This document shows, piece after piece, positions 30,077-39,854 of a DNA stretch of 64,000 nt (position 1 is the first letter of the stretch; each line of letters opens with the position of its first letter). The DNA is from Candidatus Poribacteria bacterium (GTDB taxonomy: Bacteria; Poribacteria; WGA-4E; WGA-3G): contig CBDANF010000002.1 of NCBI GenBank assembly GCA_965197475.1, positions 640,001 to 704,000 on the forward strand, in the 5' to 3' direction. The notes under the pieces are model-generated. The model did not search any database, was not told the origin of the DNA, and was given only the letters and a program-made list of their open reading frames with translations. The position numbers and the translations under genes are program-made.

Positions 30077-30238
30077 AATCCTTCAGAGTAGGAAATATAA
30101 GAGGTTTGAGGAATTTAAGCGAGGAAGAATGAAGGAAATGATTGTCTTGTTAGCATTTGTTGTTTTAAATACTTGACTTAATTTTGCTCAACGTATAGAA
30201 TTAGGCTTGATTTCTCTTTGATCCAGAGGAGTGTTACT

Positions 30239-30931
30239 ATGAAAAAATTTGCCGTTTTGGCACTCATCTTGTCAATCCTTCTCACAGGATGTGCCACCCT
30301 CTCCAAAACGCTTTCTGAAGGCACCGAAGATAATTACGATTTCCGCAAAACCCGATGGGGATTTAGCAGGGAACGTGTACTACTGGCTGAACAAGGTAAT
30401 CGAATACATCTTCGGAAAGAAGACGTGCTTATCTACAAAAGTAAAATTGCAGGTGTCCCTGCTTTACTCGTCTACACTTTTAAAGATAAAAGGTTACGGT
30501 CAGCTGGTTATATCACAGAAAAGCCGGTAAAAAATGCCCAAAATATTATCAAAAAGTGTGTTGATGAATTCGGAACACCGACAAATGAGTTTGATGATGG
30601 CATGGTTTGGGAAACACCTAAAACCGTGATATATGCCAACGTATATTCATCACACGTCACCGTAGGGATTTCTTCACGTGAACAGACATCTAGCGGTGTA
30701 TTTTCGAATACCGAGCATAACCCACCAAAGAACAAACCGGGTACCATTGAACGCTGGGATGGTGTGTGGTCATATATTGATAGAACGTTTTACGATGAAC
30801 TACAAGATGATGCTTTAGTACTGGCAGATATATCTTTCTATGAAAAAGTACTATTCGGTATGATCAAAAGACGCAAAATCATTAATTTTCTTAATGAAAC
30901 TGGTATGCCCACTTCTATACATGCAGATTAG
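30239..30931 (+). CDS. Putative lipoprotein
   Basis: AGGAG RBS; lipobox LTGC; DFRKTRWG motif. Confidence 0.75.
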   Translation: MKKFAVLALILSILLTGCATLSKTLSEGTEDNYDFRKTRWGFSRERVLLAEQGNRIHLRKEDVLIYKSKIAGVPALLVYTFKDKRLRSAGYITEKPVKNAQNIIKKCVDEFGTPTNEFDDGMVWETPKTVIYANVYSSHVTVGISSREQTSSGVFSNTEHNPPKNKPGTIERWDGVWSYIDRTFYDELQDDALVLADISFYEKVLFGMIKRRKIINFLNETGMPTSIHAD

Positions 30932-31048
30932 TTCCAATAAAGCACGGTGTCATACCAGAGAACGACACCTTCTTTGCCGCTGACGAAGAGTTGACTGCTA
31001 ACAAAATTAACCGAGTGCACATCCAGTTTCCAAATCAAGGAGACTTAC

Positions 31049-31831
31049 ATGCCTAAAACCAAAAATCTACCATTCAGATTCACCCTATCAATCAATTCCA
31101 ATTATTGGTTATTAGTCCTCTCCACATTGCTGATTTCAACCCTCACCGCCTGTGATTCAAACGTTGTCTCAAAGGTGTTGTCACCCTCAACAAGTGGCAG
31201 AACTATCCATGTAACAGGAAGCGGTGCAGTTTCTGGTGAACCGGATATTGCAACGCTCAATTTAGGGGTGGCTGTTGAAAAAAAGACAGTTGCTGAGGCA
31301 CGTGAAGAAGCTGCAAGCGCAATGACAGCCTTAATAGATACTCTGAAGGCTAACAATATTGAAGAAAAAGATATTAACACTGAGCATTTCAGTATCTATC
31401 CGCAGTACGACTACACGGAAGAAGGGCGTGTACTTCGTGGTTACAGAGTGAACAACACCGTTCGGGCGAAGGTACGAGATTTGGATACGCTAAGTGATGT
31501 TATTGACGATGCCGTGGAAGCGGGAGGGGATAACATCGTTGTCAATTCCATCCAATTTATGATTGATGATACTACACCATTGCGGACTCAGGCACGTAGT
31601 TTAGCAGTAAAGGATGCTGAAGCGAAGGCGCAAACCTTAGCAGATACAAGTGGAGTAGTGCTTGGGAAACCTATCACTATCACTGAAAACACCTATTATG
31701 AAAGTCCGCCGATCGCATTTGCGACAGTAGAAGCAGCCTTCGCTGATGATGCAGCCAAATCTTCCACTCCCATAGTACCAGGTGAACTCACTGTTACCGT
31801 GAATATCACTGTGATATATGAAATTGAGTGA
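31049..31831 (+). CDS. SIMPL/DUF541 domain protein, probable lipoprotein
   Basis: IHVTGSG...PDIATLNLGV, AVKDAEAKAQTLA, PIVPGE; LTAC lipobox. Confidence 0.88.
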   Translation: MPKTKNLPFRFTLSINSNYWLLVLSTLLISTLTACDSNVVSKVLSPSTSGRTIHVTGSGAVSGEPDIATLNLGVAVEKKTVAEAREEAASAMTALIDTLKANNIEEKDINTEHFSIYPQYDYTEEGRVLRGYRVNNTVRAKVRDLDTLSDVIDDAVEAGGDNIVVNSIQFMIDDTTPLRTQARSLAVKDAEAKAQTLADTSGVVLGKPITITENTYYESPPIAFATVEAAFADDAAKSSTPIVPGELTVTVNITVIYEIE

Positions 31832-32282
31832 TTTTCTCAACTATACTGCAGTCTATCTCATAAATCATTGTAGCGCAGAATCAACACCTCATGCGCGTGT
31901 AGCACAAATTTATAGAACAAAATAACACTGCCTGAATCATATTTCTTGCATAAGGGAGTTGACGATGAAAAACCGATATGTTAAAACCGCAATCCAGAAA
32001 ATGAGCACGTCTCATACCTTTGCTTTGAGCATAAAATTGCCCGAGGAGAATACTTGGCGGCAGACGCATATTACTAATGGTTATCACCCCCTCATATTCG
32101 TTAATTATTTAAGTTTTCAAGGTCGTATCGTAGACGTTAGAAGCTGCGATATTTTGGTGCCCGCAGTGCACTTCATTTTATGGAGTGTCTCGCCGCGGGC
32201 TTTTGTTGTTGCATTGTGGATGTCTACAATGCTTGGATTCCTTATTTCGCACTACACATACAAGCAGCGCGAGCGGCAACTA

Positions 32283-32372
32283 ATACCAAATTAACTGGAT
32301 TTATCTTGTTTTATTGACGTAGGTGCGGTTAGGAAACCGCACCTACCGAGACGAATCGCGTTAATTTGGTAT
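32283..32372. mobile_element. MITE-like element (ATACCAAATTAAC IRs) enclosing a REP-like palindrome
   Basis: Perfect 13-bp IRs; internal GTAGGTGCGGTT-AGGA-AACCGCACCTAC. Confidence 0.7.
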
Positions 32373-32392
32373 AAAAGAAGTTCTAATTTTTG

Positions 32393-32420
32393 TTGACTCA
32401 AAACGGAGACGTGCTAAAAT
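32393..32420 (+). promoter_or_regulatory. Sigma70-type promoter immediately upstream of the IS1 insertion
   Basis: TTGACT-N16-TAAAAT with TG extension. Confidence 0.55.
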
Positions 32421-32424
32421 ATAG

Positions 32425-33371
32425 GAGGGTATTGGTTAAATAATGATGCGGTAATTAGTGGGTACCCTCTGAACCACTCTGCATCACATTTCAATTAGAG
32501 TAGAGTTAATGATAACACTTATGACAAAAATTGTCAATCAAAATCAAACTAATAAACTGATTTTGATTGACAGATGTATCTAAAACCTATATCCTTATTG
32601 AAAACAAACTCGCTGCTCTATAGAGGACACCATGAAGAATTGCCCAAGATGTCAACACACTCACTTCGTCAAAAACGGGTTCGTCAAAACTAAACAACGC
32701 TATAAATGCAAAAACTGCGGTTATCAATGGACGCGCACAACACCCCGGGGGAAACCACAAGCACAGAAAACTCTCGCCGTTCTCTTATATTGCCACGGCA
32801 TCTCAATGAACGCTATCTCAAAACTTGTCGGATGCCACGTAACAACTGTGCTTCAATGGATACGCACCTTTGCTAAAAAACAGGCACCGAAACAAACACT
32901 CACACCCGGCACCACCGCCTGCTTGGAACTTGATGAGATGTGGCACTATATTGGGAACAAGAAAAACAAACTCTGGATATGGAAGGCACTTGACAGAAAC
33001 ACAGGATACCTCATTGACTGGGAATGTGGTGGGCGTGATAAACAAACCCTTGAAAAACTCACGGCAAGGCTCTCAACCCTCAATGCTAAGATATATTACA
33101 CAGACAAATGGCAGGTCTATGAGTCGGTCCTACCTGCCGTAAAACATGTTCAGGATAAAGCGGAGACGCATCGCATTGAACGCAACAATGGTCGGATGCG
33201 CCACTGGTTCGGACGCTTCAAGCGCAAGTCCATTATTGTTTCCAAAAGCATAGAAATGGTGGATTTGACGATTGCTTTGTTCGCACGATTTCGTGTCAAT
33301 GGCAACGTGTTTGACATTTTAAAACTCGACGGAATAGAAAACATGAATATCATTATTTAACCAATACTCTC
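32425..33371 (+). mobile_element. IS1-family insertion sequence, 947 bp
   Basis: 23-bp IRs GAG[G/A]GTATTGGTTAAATAATGAT (1 mismatch); 8-bp target duplication AAATATAG at 32417-32424 and 33372-33379. Confidence 0.93.
32632..33360 (+). CDS. IS1-family transposase (InsA-InsB in a single frame)
   Basis: CPRC...CKNC zinc ribbon, HTH, ELDEMW, TDKW, IERNN DDE motifs. Confidence 0.92.
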   Translation: MKNCPRCQHTHFVKNGFVKTKQRYKCKNCGYQWTRTTPRGKPQAQKTLAVLLYCHGISMNAISKLVGCHVTTVLQWIRTFAKKQAPKQTLTPGTTACLELDEMWHYIGNKKNKLWIWKALDRNTGYLIDWECGGRDKQTLEKLTARLSTLNAKIYYTDKWQVYESVLPAVKHVQDKAETHRIERNNGRMRHWFGRFKRKSIIVSKSIEMVDLTIALFARFRVNGNVFDILKLDGIENMNIII

Positions 33372-33426
33372 AAATATAGTATATCTCCTTTGTATAATTT
33401 ATTTAATTTTGAAAAGGAGACTTGAA

Positions 33427-34176
33427 ATGTTAAAGTTTAAGACAATCCTGATCGTAGCTGTGATCTTTTCGCTATTTTTGCTCAGTTTTGTTAGCAAAAG
33501 CGATGCTATTGAAATCATCAAGATGGAATCATCTATGGGGTATGAAATTGTAGGACCTGCCCCATACATCAACGCCTTTGTAGAAACCGACGAGCCGTAC
33601 TATGCTGTTGATTGGTTTGTTGACGGGGTTTATCATATATCCTTTGGTGATGGTAACAAGAAAGTTGCTTCTTTTTATGCTTTCTTTCCAACTGCCTCTA
33701 TACGAGGATCATGGCACGAGGTAAAAGCAATCGCTTATACGATGGATCCTGACAACCCTCCTCAATCTGATATAGAATCCATTTGGATTAAGGTGTATAA
33801 AAGTGTTGAGACTTATGCTACTCCAAATAACGGTGTTGTAGGAATTTGGGCTGCAATTGATCGGCACTTTTACCAAACCGGCGAAATAATCGCCACGCAC
33901 CGAGGCAGTACGTATTCCTTCCCTGATGGGCTCAGTTTTTTCTACCGGTTCAAACGCGAAGTGACACGTCCCGATGGTTTAAATATAGAGATGCTGCCAA
34001 GGGAAGGGTTAATCGTAGCATCAACACATTATACGGAGCATTCAGAAGATTTCCCTGTTGATATACGCGGACGAGGAACGGGGGACTTTGAGTCCTGGGC
34101 ATATACGCGTATTGAAGCTGGTGGTGCTGGTGCCACAGCGACAAGCACAGAGACTTTTTTCCATTTTGATGATTAA
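33427..34176 (+). CDS. Secreted hypothetical protein (beta-rich, Ig-like N-terminal part)
   Basis: AAGGAG RBS before ATG 33427; signal peptide ending SDA. Confidence 0.75.
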   Translation: MLKFKTILIVAVIFSLFLLSFVSKSDAIEIIKMESSMGYEIVGPAPYINAFVETDEPYYAVDWFVDGVYHISFGDGNKKVASFYAFFPTASIRGSWHEVKAIAYTMDPDNPPQSDIESIWIKVYKSVETYATPNNGVVGIWAAIDRHFYQTGEIIATHRGSTYSFPDGLSFFYRFKREVTRPDGLNIEMLPREGLIVASTHYTEHSEDFPVDIRGRGTGDFESWAYTRIEAGGAGATATSTETFFHFDD

Positions 34177-34238
34177 GTAAACCTGGTTCTGAGGGGTCTC
34201 CACTATGAGAGACTCCTCCCACCCAAAGGAGGACTACA

Positions 34239-35341
34239 ATGCGTATACTTCTATCAATTTTGTGTCTCAGCTTGCTCCGAGTGCCGAGCGCGAGTGCAAA
34301 AATCGTTTTTGAATCCAAGCGCGACGGAAATTACGAAATCTATGTGATGGATGATGACGGCAGCAACATTCAAAGATTAACAAACAACTTGCTCGGAGAC
34401 TATTCCCCTCGCTGGTCGCCTGATGGCAAACAGATTGTTTTTTTAGGCGAGTGAATCAGCGAGAAAACCAGCGATTTCATCTCTTCATCATAAATGCCGA
34501 TGGCACGAATGAGCGTGAACTCACGGCACCGCATGGAGGACGGGACGTGTGGCCTGTGTTTTCACCGGATGGTAAACGTATTCTTTTTAGCAGGTATCGT
34601 AATAACGAAGACAAAGGGCTTTACGTGCTGGAACTTGAAAGTGGTGTGGTTAGAAAGATCACCGATTTTAACGTGAATGACCCTGAATTTACGCCTGACG
34701 GTAAACATGTTATTTTTGCAGGCGTTCCGAGAGTACAGGAAGGCGGCGGTGCCAATATTTCAATCATGGATGCGAACGGCGGGCGCGCGCGCGAACTTCT
34801 TCCCCCGATCCCTGATGGAATACATCAGACAAGACGCCACGCAAGTTTCTCGCCGAACGGTAAAAAGATACTATATAATGAGTTTGAATTTGAGAATGAG
34901 CTCAAACAATTGAACAACGGTGCGTGGGCGTTTTTCCCGATAGCGTATCGGACAATAATCTGCGATAGCAACGGAGACAACCCACGGAGACTGAATATCC
35001 CGACGAATTGGTTGATCGATTCATTGGTGTGGATGGATAACGGAAAAGCAGCACTTTTCTGTGCTGACGAGGATTTTGACATTCAACAAGCATTTGACGA
35101 TCCGGAAGCAACCTATGATATCTATAGATACGATATTGCCAAGAAACAAATCACTCCACTCACGACGCACCCCGCAAATGACAAGTTTGCAGACTGGATT
35201 AGTGACGATGTCTTCTCTGTTGCTCCTGAAGGAAAGATGTCCATGCAATGGGGTGAACTCAAAGAGCTTCTTGGGACTCACCGTGAAGCATTCAAAGCGT
35301 TTTCACGCAGTTTGCCGTTTTTCCGGCAAAATCAACGCTGA
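34239..35341 (+). pseudogene. TolB-like (PD40) beta-propeller protein split by a frameshift in a T7 tract
   Basis: KIVFESKRDGNYEIYVM, PRWSPDGKQIVF; one extra T at 34438-34444 joins the 71-aa and 296-aa ORFs. Confidence 0.8.
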
Positions 35342-35421
35342 ATGTGCGTGTGACATTAGGTGATGTGTTCTTGTTCTTACTATTTTTAAACGTATACTGA
35401 ATATTTATCTATGAGCCATCC

Positions 35422-36615
35422 TTAACCATTTACTACGGATCTATAAACGGTAAGCAACTTCTTTCCGATGTTCCGCCAATCGTAATCCTGCTCTACGCGT
35501 GCACGACTGTTTTCACCAATTTTTTGACGTAGAGCCGGTTCTGTGAGCAATCGGGTGACTGCCTCAGCGAAGTCTTTCGGTTCATCAGCAATAATAATTT
35601 CCTCACCATCCCGAAGTGCTAATCCCTCTGCGCCAACAGCAGTAGAGACAACAGCTTTCCCCATTGCCAATGCTTCAAGAATTTTTAGGCGTGTCCCGCT
35701 CCCGATACGTAGCGGCACGACAAAAACTGTCGCCTCCGCGAAGTAAGGTTTGATCTCTGGCACACGACCTGTGACGACAACACCTTTCCTATCTGCCAAG
35801 CTTTGGACACGCGCTGATGGGTTTCCACCAACAATCGAAAATTTGACATCCGGCACACTGTCTTGAATCTGCGGTAACACCTCTTCAGCAAAGAATGAGA
35901 CTGCATCTTCGTTCGGATACCAATCCATACTGCCGATATAGATAAGGTGTGCTGAGGCTTCAGATGCAAATTCTGGAATGTAATGCGTAACATCCACCCC
36001 GTTAGGTATCACCTTAACAACACCTTTGGCACAGTGTTGTTGAAAAACAGCAGCATCAATATCAGATGTACACGTAACCGCATCAAACTTGGGGCTTAAC
36101 ACCCGCTCATAACGTTGAAATGCGAGTTGCTGCGTCCAATACGCGCATCTGTAAAAAAGATTCGTAGTTTCCTGGTGAAGTCTTTGCCAGATGGCAGAGT
36201 CAACGTTCTGTTGTGAAAGCACACCGGGGAGGTCTGTTTCTGTATGAAATTGTGCAGTGTGAAACATCTCATAGTGAACGAGATCAAAGGTTTCTGCTGC
36301 CAACAATTCCCTCAATTTCTGGCGATAAGCAAGTACATTGTAACGTGCTACTGTGATCGGTTGTCTTTTGAAAAACGCTGAGAGGAGTGTGCGGAGTGAT
36401 ACCCGTGGGAGTGTTGATGAATTTGGCACAAGGTGAACTTTAATACCTAATTGCTGGATATGCGTAATACTCTCGGCATCTGTTGGTTGCGTCTCTAAGG
36501 CAAGTAGTGTCACATCGTTTTTCTGTGCGGTCTGTTTGAGAAGATTAAATACGCGGATACGTCCGCCATCAGTGAGTGGAAACGGCACGGTAGGAGACAG
36601 AAAAAGAATTTTCAT
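35422..36615 (-). CDS. GT4 family glycosyltransferase
   Basis: PFPLTDGGRIR, IPNGVD, GSGTRLKILEALAMG, STAVGAEG. Confidence 0.9.
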   Translation of the reverse strand: MKILFLSPTVPFPLTDGGRIRVFNLLKQTAQKNDVTLLALETQPTDAESITHIQQLGIKVHLVPNSSTLPRVSLRTLLSAFFKRQPITVARYNVLAYRQKLRELLAAETFDLVHYEMFHTAQFHTETDLPGVLSQQNVDSAIWQRLHQETTNLFYRCAYWTQQLAFQRYERVLSPKFDAVTCTSDIDAAVFQQHCAKGVVKVIPNGVDVTHYIPEFASEASAHLIYIGSMDWYPNEDAVSFFAEEVLPQIQDSVPDVKFSIVGGNPSARVQSLADRKGVVVTGRVPEIKPYFAEATVFVVPLRIGSGTRLKILEALAMGKAVVSTAVGAEGLALRDGEEIIIADEPKDFAEAVTRLLTEPALRQKIGENSRARVEQDYDWRNIGKKLLTVYRSVVNG

Positions 36616-36780
36616 GTTCTATGGGAGTATCACTGTTAAAGCATCAATCGCGGTTGTTCGGGTGCCAACAACAATATTGACCTATATCAAGGTAGGCACG
36701 CCGATGGAAGGAGGTATTGTTAACTGTAAAACCTACTATAAATAACCCTATCCTATGTCAAGAAAATTATCTTCGCAGTA

Positions 36781-37890
36781 CTACTGGGAGAGTTCACTGT
36801 TTTGGGGTTCATCGGGTTTATCGGATATACCAACTTTCGCTTTTAACCGCTCCATGAATCCAAGCAACTTTTCTCTATATTGCTGGCGGGAAGTGAGTGT
36901 CGGCGGAGGTGGTATGGAAACAGTACCGCGTTCGCTCTGTACCCAACCTTTGATTTTATTATTAATTCGGATAAGAAGCCATTCACTTTCGAGAGCGAGA
37001 TAAACGTTCAACGCACCCTTCTCATTTCGGATGTTATATTTTTGGGCACCATCGGTTACTCTCCAACTGACACTGTCTTCAATAGCAATCAATTTAGCAT
37101 TTCTTGATAACGGAATTTCCTTGCCTTTGAATCCCTCACGCAATTCTGTAGAGAAAACCCGTTCGTTTAAAGTATCTTTAGATGCTAAATCAACCGAAAA
37201 CAGAAGTGTCTGAATAGGATACTTAGATTGTTGAAATACATTCAGTTTTTTGGCATCATTTCTAATTTCGTAAGCTTGCTGAAACTTCTTATCTTCTATT
37301 AACCACAACTTTCCTGCTTTTTCAGCAGAGAATTTCATATCCGGTGAAAGTGTAAGCTTGTTTATGTTAAATACATCTTCTAAATTAGGTAGATAAATAT
37401 CAAGCTGATCCCCATTTCTCTCTACGGTATAACCTGCCCCAATACTATTTTCCGTAAGAAGCCAGTCCTTACCACTTAGCAAAACCTTAACTGTTGTTGA
37501 ACTTGAATTTAATCGGACACCTGCTTTTGAATCATCAAACATTTTCTGCCAGTTCAATACAGTTTTCAATTCCTTGTCCAACAGTTCCTCACTATACCTT
37601 GCCCGTTGCCCCAGATGGACACTAAAGACCAATTCCTTAGAAAATACACCAAGGCTTAAATTGCTCAGATATATTTGTTCAATGCTAAAAAGGGAAACAT
37701 TTTTTGTATAAGCGACTGGTTTTGAGTTGACCGTAGGTCTCCCCCGCACTGATGTTCGTGTGTGAACTTGTAACTTCGGTTCTTCTGGCTGCGCGACAGG
37801 TGGCGCATGGAGAACATATACGCCAAAACAAACACCAATAATTAAAAAAAATAATATAATGAAGAATAGACCTTTAAGAAGTGCTTTCAT
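36781..37890 (-). CDS. Membrane-anchored hypothetical protein with internal repeats and SH3b-like motifs
   Basis: N-terminal TM; three W...Y.I/V.....L.V/IY repeats; WLLIR...KGWV. Confidence 0.7.
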   Translation of the reverse strand: MKALLKGLFFIILFFLIIGVCFGVYVLHAPPVAQPEEPKLQVHTRTSVRGRPTVNSKPVAYTKNVSLFSIEQIYLSNLSLGVFSKELVFSVHLGQRARYSEELLDKELKTVLNWQKMFDDSKAGVRLNSSSTTVKVLLSGKDWLLTENSIGAGYTVERNGDQLDIYLPNLEDVFNINKLTLSPDMKFSAEKAGKLWLIEDKKFQQAYEIRNDAKKLNVFQQSKYPIQTLLFSVDLASKDTLNERVFSTELREGFKGKEIPLSRNAKLIAIEDSVSWRVTDGAQKYNIRNEKGALNVYLALESEWLLIRINNKIKGWVQSERGTVSIPPPPTLTSRQQYREKLLGFMERLKAKVGISDKPDEPQNSELSQ

Positions 37891-38024
37891 AAGTGGACTC
37901 TGATATTTTTATAGAATTTGGAATATACAATTACTTCTCATTTAAACGGATATTGATAAAATTGGTTAACATTAAGTTAGTCCAAGAACACAATTACTAT
38001 AATGCCAATTCACGTGACTTTGTT

Positions 38025-38100
38025 ATACCAAATTAACCGGATTTATCGTATTATCTGGGCGGCGGCGCGCTTACAGATTAGAATCAAGTTAGTTTGGTAT
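38025..38100. mobile_element. Degenerate MITE-like element (ATACCAAATTAAC IR family)
   Basis: ataccaaattaaccggatttatc ... gttagtttggtat. Confidence 0.6.
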
Positions 38101-38168
38101 TATGTAATTGTGCCGTTTCACTATATTGTACTACAAACCAAAGAAATATGCAAGCCTTAAACCCTTTA

Positions 38169-39548
38169 GGGGTGTGTAAAGTTTTTGTACAGGTATGAAT
38201 TGGAAAGATGTTACAAGTTTTACCCAAAAATGGTATCCTATCCTAATAAATTATGAACAAAATAGGAGAGGATACCGATGTTTAGTATATCATTAGAGCG
38301 TTGTGAAGTCAAAGCGTTTGAAGGCGTATTTCAGAAGTTTGTAGAAGAATTCAACGATTTTGCGGGAGAGATGTTTTCCGATCCGTGTATACCGTTAGAA
38401 GAAGCGGAGTTTCGTGTATTTGAGGCATCTCGTTCGTGGTGTCAAAAGTTTTTAGAGATATTTATTTCTCAAAAAGCGAGTGAACAGTCTGGTGAACCTG
38501 TTGAATGTCCCGAACATCAGGAAGCGTGTCGTCCGTGGTGTAAAAGAGAGCGGCGTATTACGACCTTGTGTGGTGTTATCCGTGTAAAACGTTGGGTGTA
38601 TCGTTGTCCTTGTGGTCATAATCATGTGCCGTTTGATACCAAACAGAAGTTGCGAGGTCAATGGACGCATCGTGTTGCTGAGGCGATGTGTCGTTTGGCG
38701 GCACTTCTTGACTTTAGAGAAGCGTCAGAAGAGTTATCTCGTCAGGGAATAGAAGTCCACCAGTAGAAAATCAGCGATGGTATGTGAGTTGTGATGGCTG
38801 TCGGACGAACTCACTGGATGGTTGGGAAGAAGTAAAAGTTGGTTGTATTTATAGGGATTATCCGCAACAAGGTTCTGGGGCGATACCGAGTGCCAGAACA
38901 TCCAGTATCCGTTATGTTGCGTCTCGTCCTGATGTGGCACATTTTGGTAAAGAGTTGTTTGCGTTAGCGACAAACAGCGGTATCTATCAAGAAGCTATAG
39001 ATACCCAGGAGATTGTGTTTATTGGCGATGGTGCTGCGTGGATATGGAACTTAGCCGATGAATACTTCCCCAATGCGGTTGAGATTGTGGATTACAGGCA
39101 GGCCAAATCTCATCTGTATGATGTTGCCAAACACGCATTTGGTGAGACTGAAATAGAAGCGATTGGTGCGTGGATAAAAGCGACGGAACCGCATCTTTTT
39201 GATGGCCACATCACAGAAGTGGTCGCACGCATCCGCACCTTAGGAGCACAGAACCCGGAAGTTTCGGATATTTTAGAAAGAGAAGCGAAGTATTTTGAAA
39301 AACACGCGAAGCGTATGCGGTATCAAGCGTTTAGAGAAAAAGGATATTAGATTGGCAGTGGTGTGATTGAGAGTGCCTGTAAACATGTTGTCGGGCAAAG
39401 ATGTAAACAGGCTTCTATGAGGCGGGAGAAACCGGGTATCAACGCTGTACTTGGGTGGCGATGTTTGTATAAGAATAATGCTTGGGATAGTTATTGGTAT
39501 CTAAACACAAAAGCCGCATAATCTTTGTACAAAAACTTTACACACCCC
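38169..39548 (+). mobile_element. ISKra4/ISLre2-like insertion sequence, 1380 bp, degenerate
   Basis: Perfect 23-bp IRs GGGGTGTGTAAAGTTTTTGTACA; no target duplication seen. Confidence 0.88.
38278..39521 (+). pseudogene. ISKra4-like DDE transposase pseudogene
   Basis: GDGAAWIWN, VEIVD, GSGVIESACK; stop plus frame change at about 38764-38790 and TAG at 39348-39350. Confidence 0.85.
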
Positions 39549-39854
39549 AAAAAGATTGTTGTTCAGAACTATTCAATTCTTGCGAGGTACTTTTGTAGGA
39601 GTGCTTTGTTAGCCCGATTTATGTGGGTAACAGCGTGTCCTTAGTGCTGATTATATGTGCAAACACGACAACTTGATGTCTCTCGGAAAATGCTAAAATT
39701 GCTTGAATTCAATCCATACGTGTGCTAAACTTCAGAATGTTCCTTGTGATTTGTATTTTGCAGGTCAACTATTGACCTACCATTATTCTTGGACCGTTAG
39801 ATTAAAACGAACGTGGGACACCCGAAAACTTAACACCCCAAGAGGAACCATCAG

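Noticed and set aside
31959-32294. 111-aa ORF upstream of IS1
   Set aside because: Has a plausible RBS but no recognisable motif and ends inside a MITE; cannot be supported as a gene.
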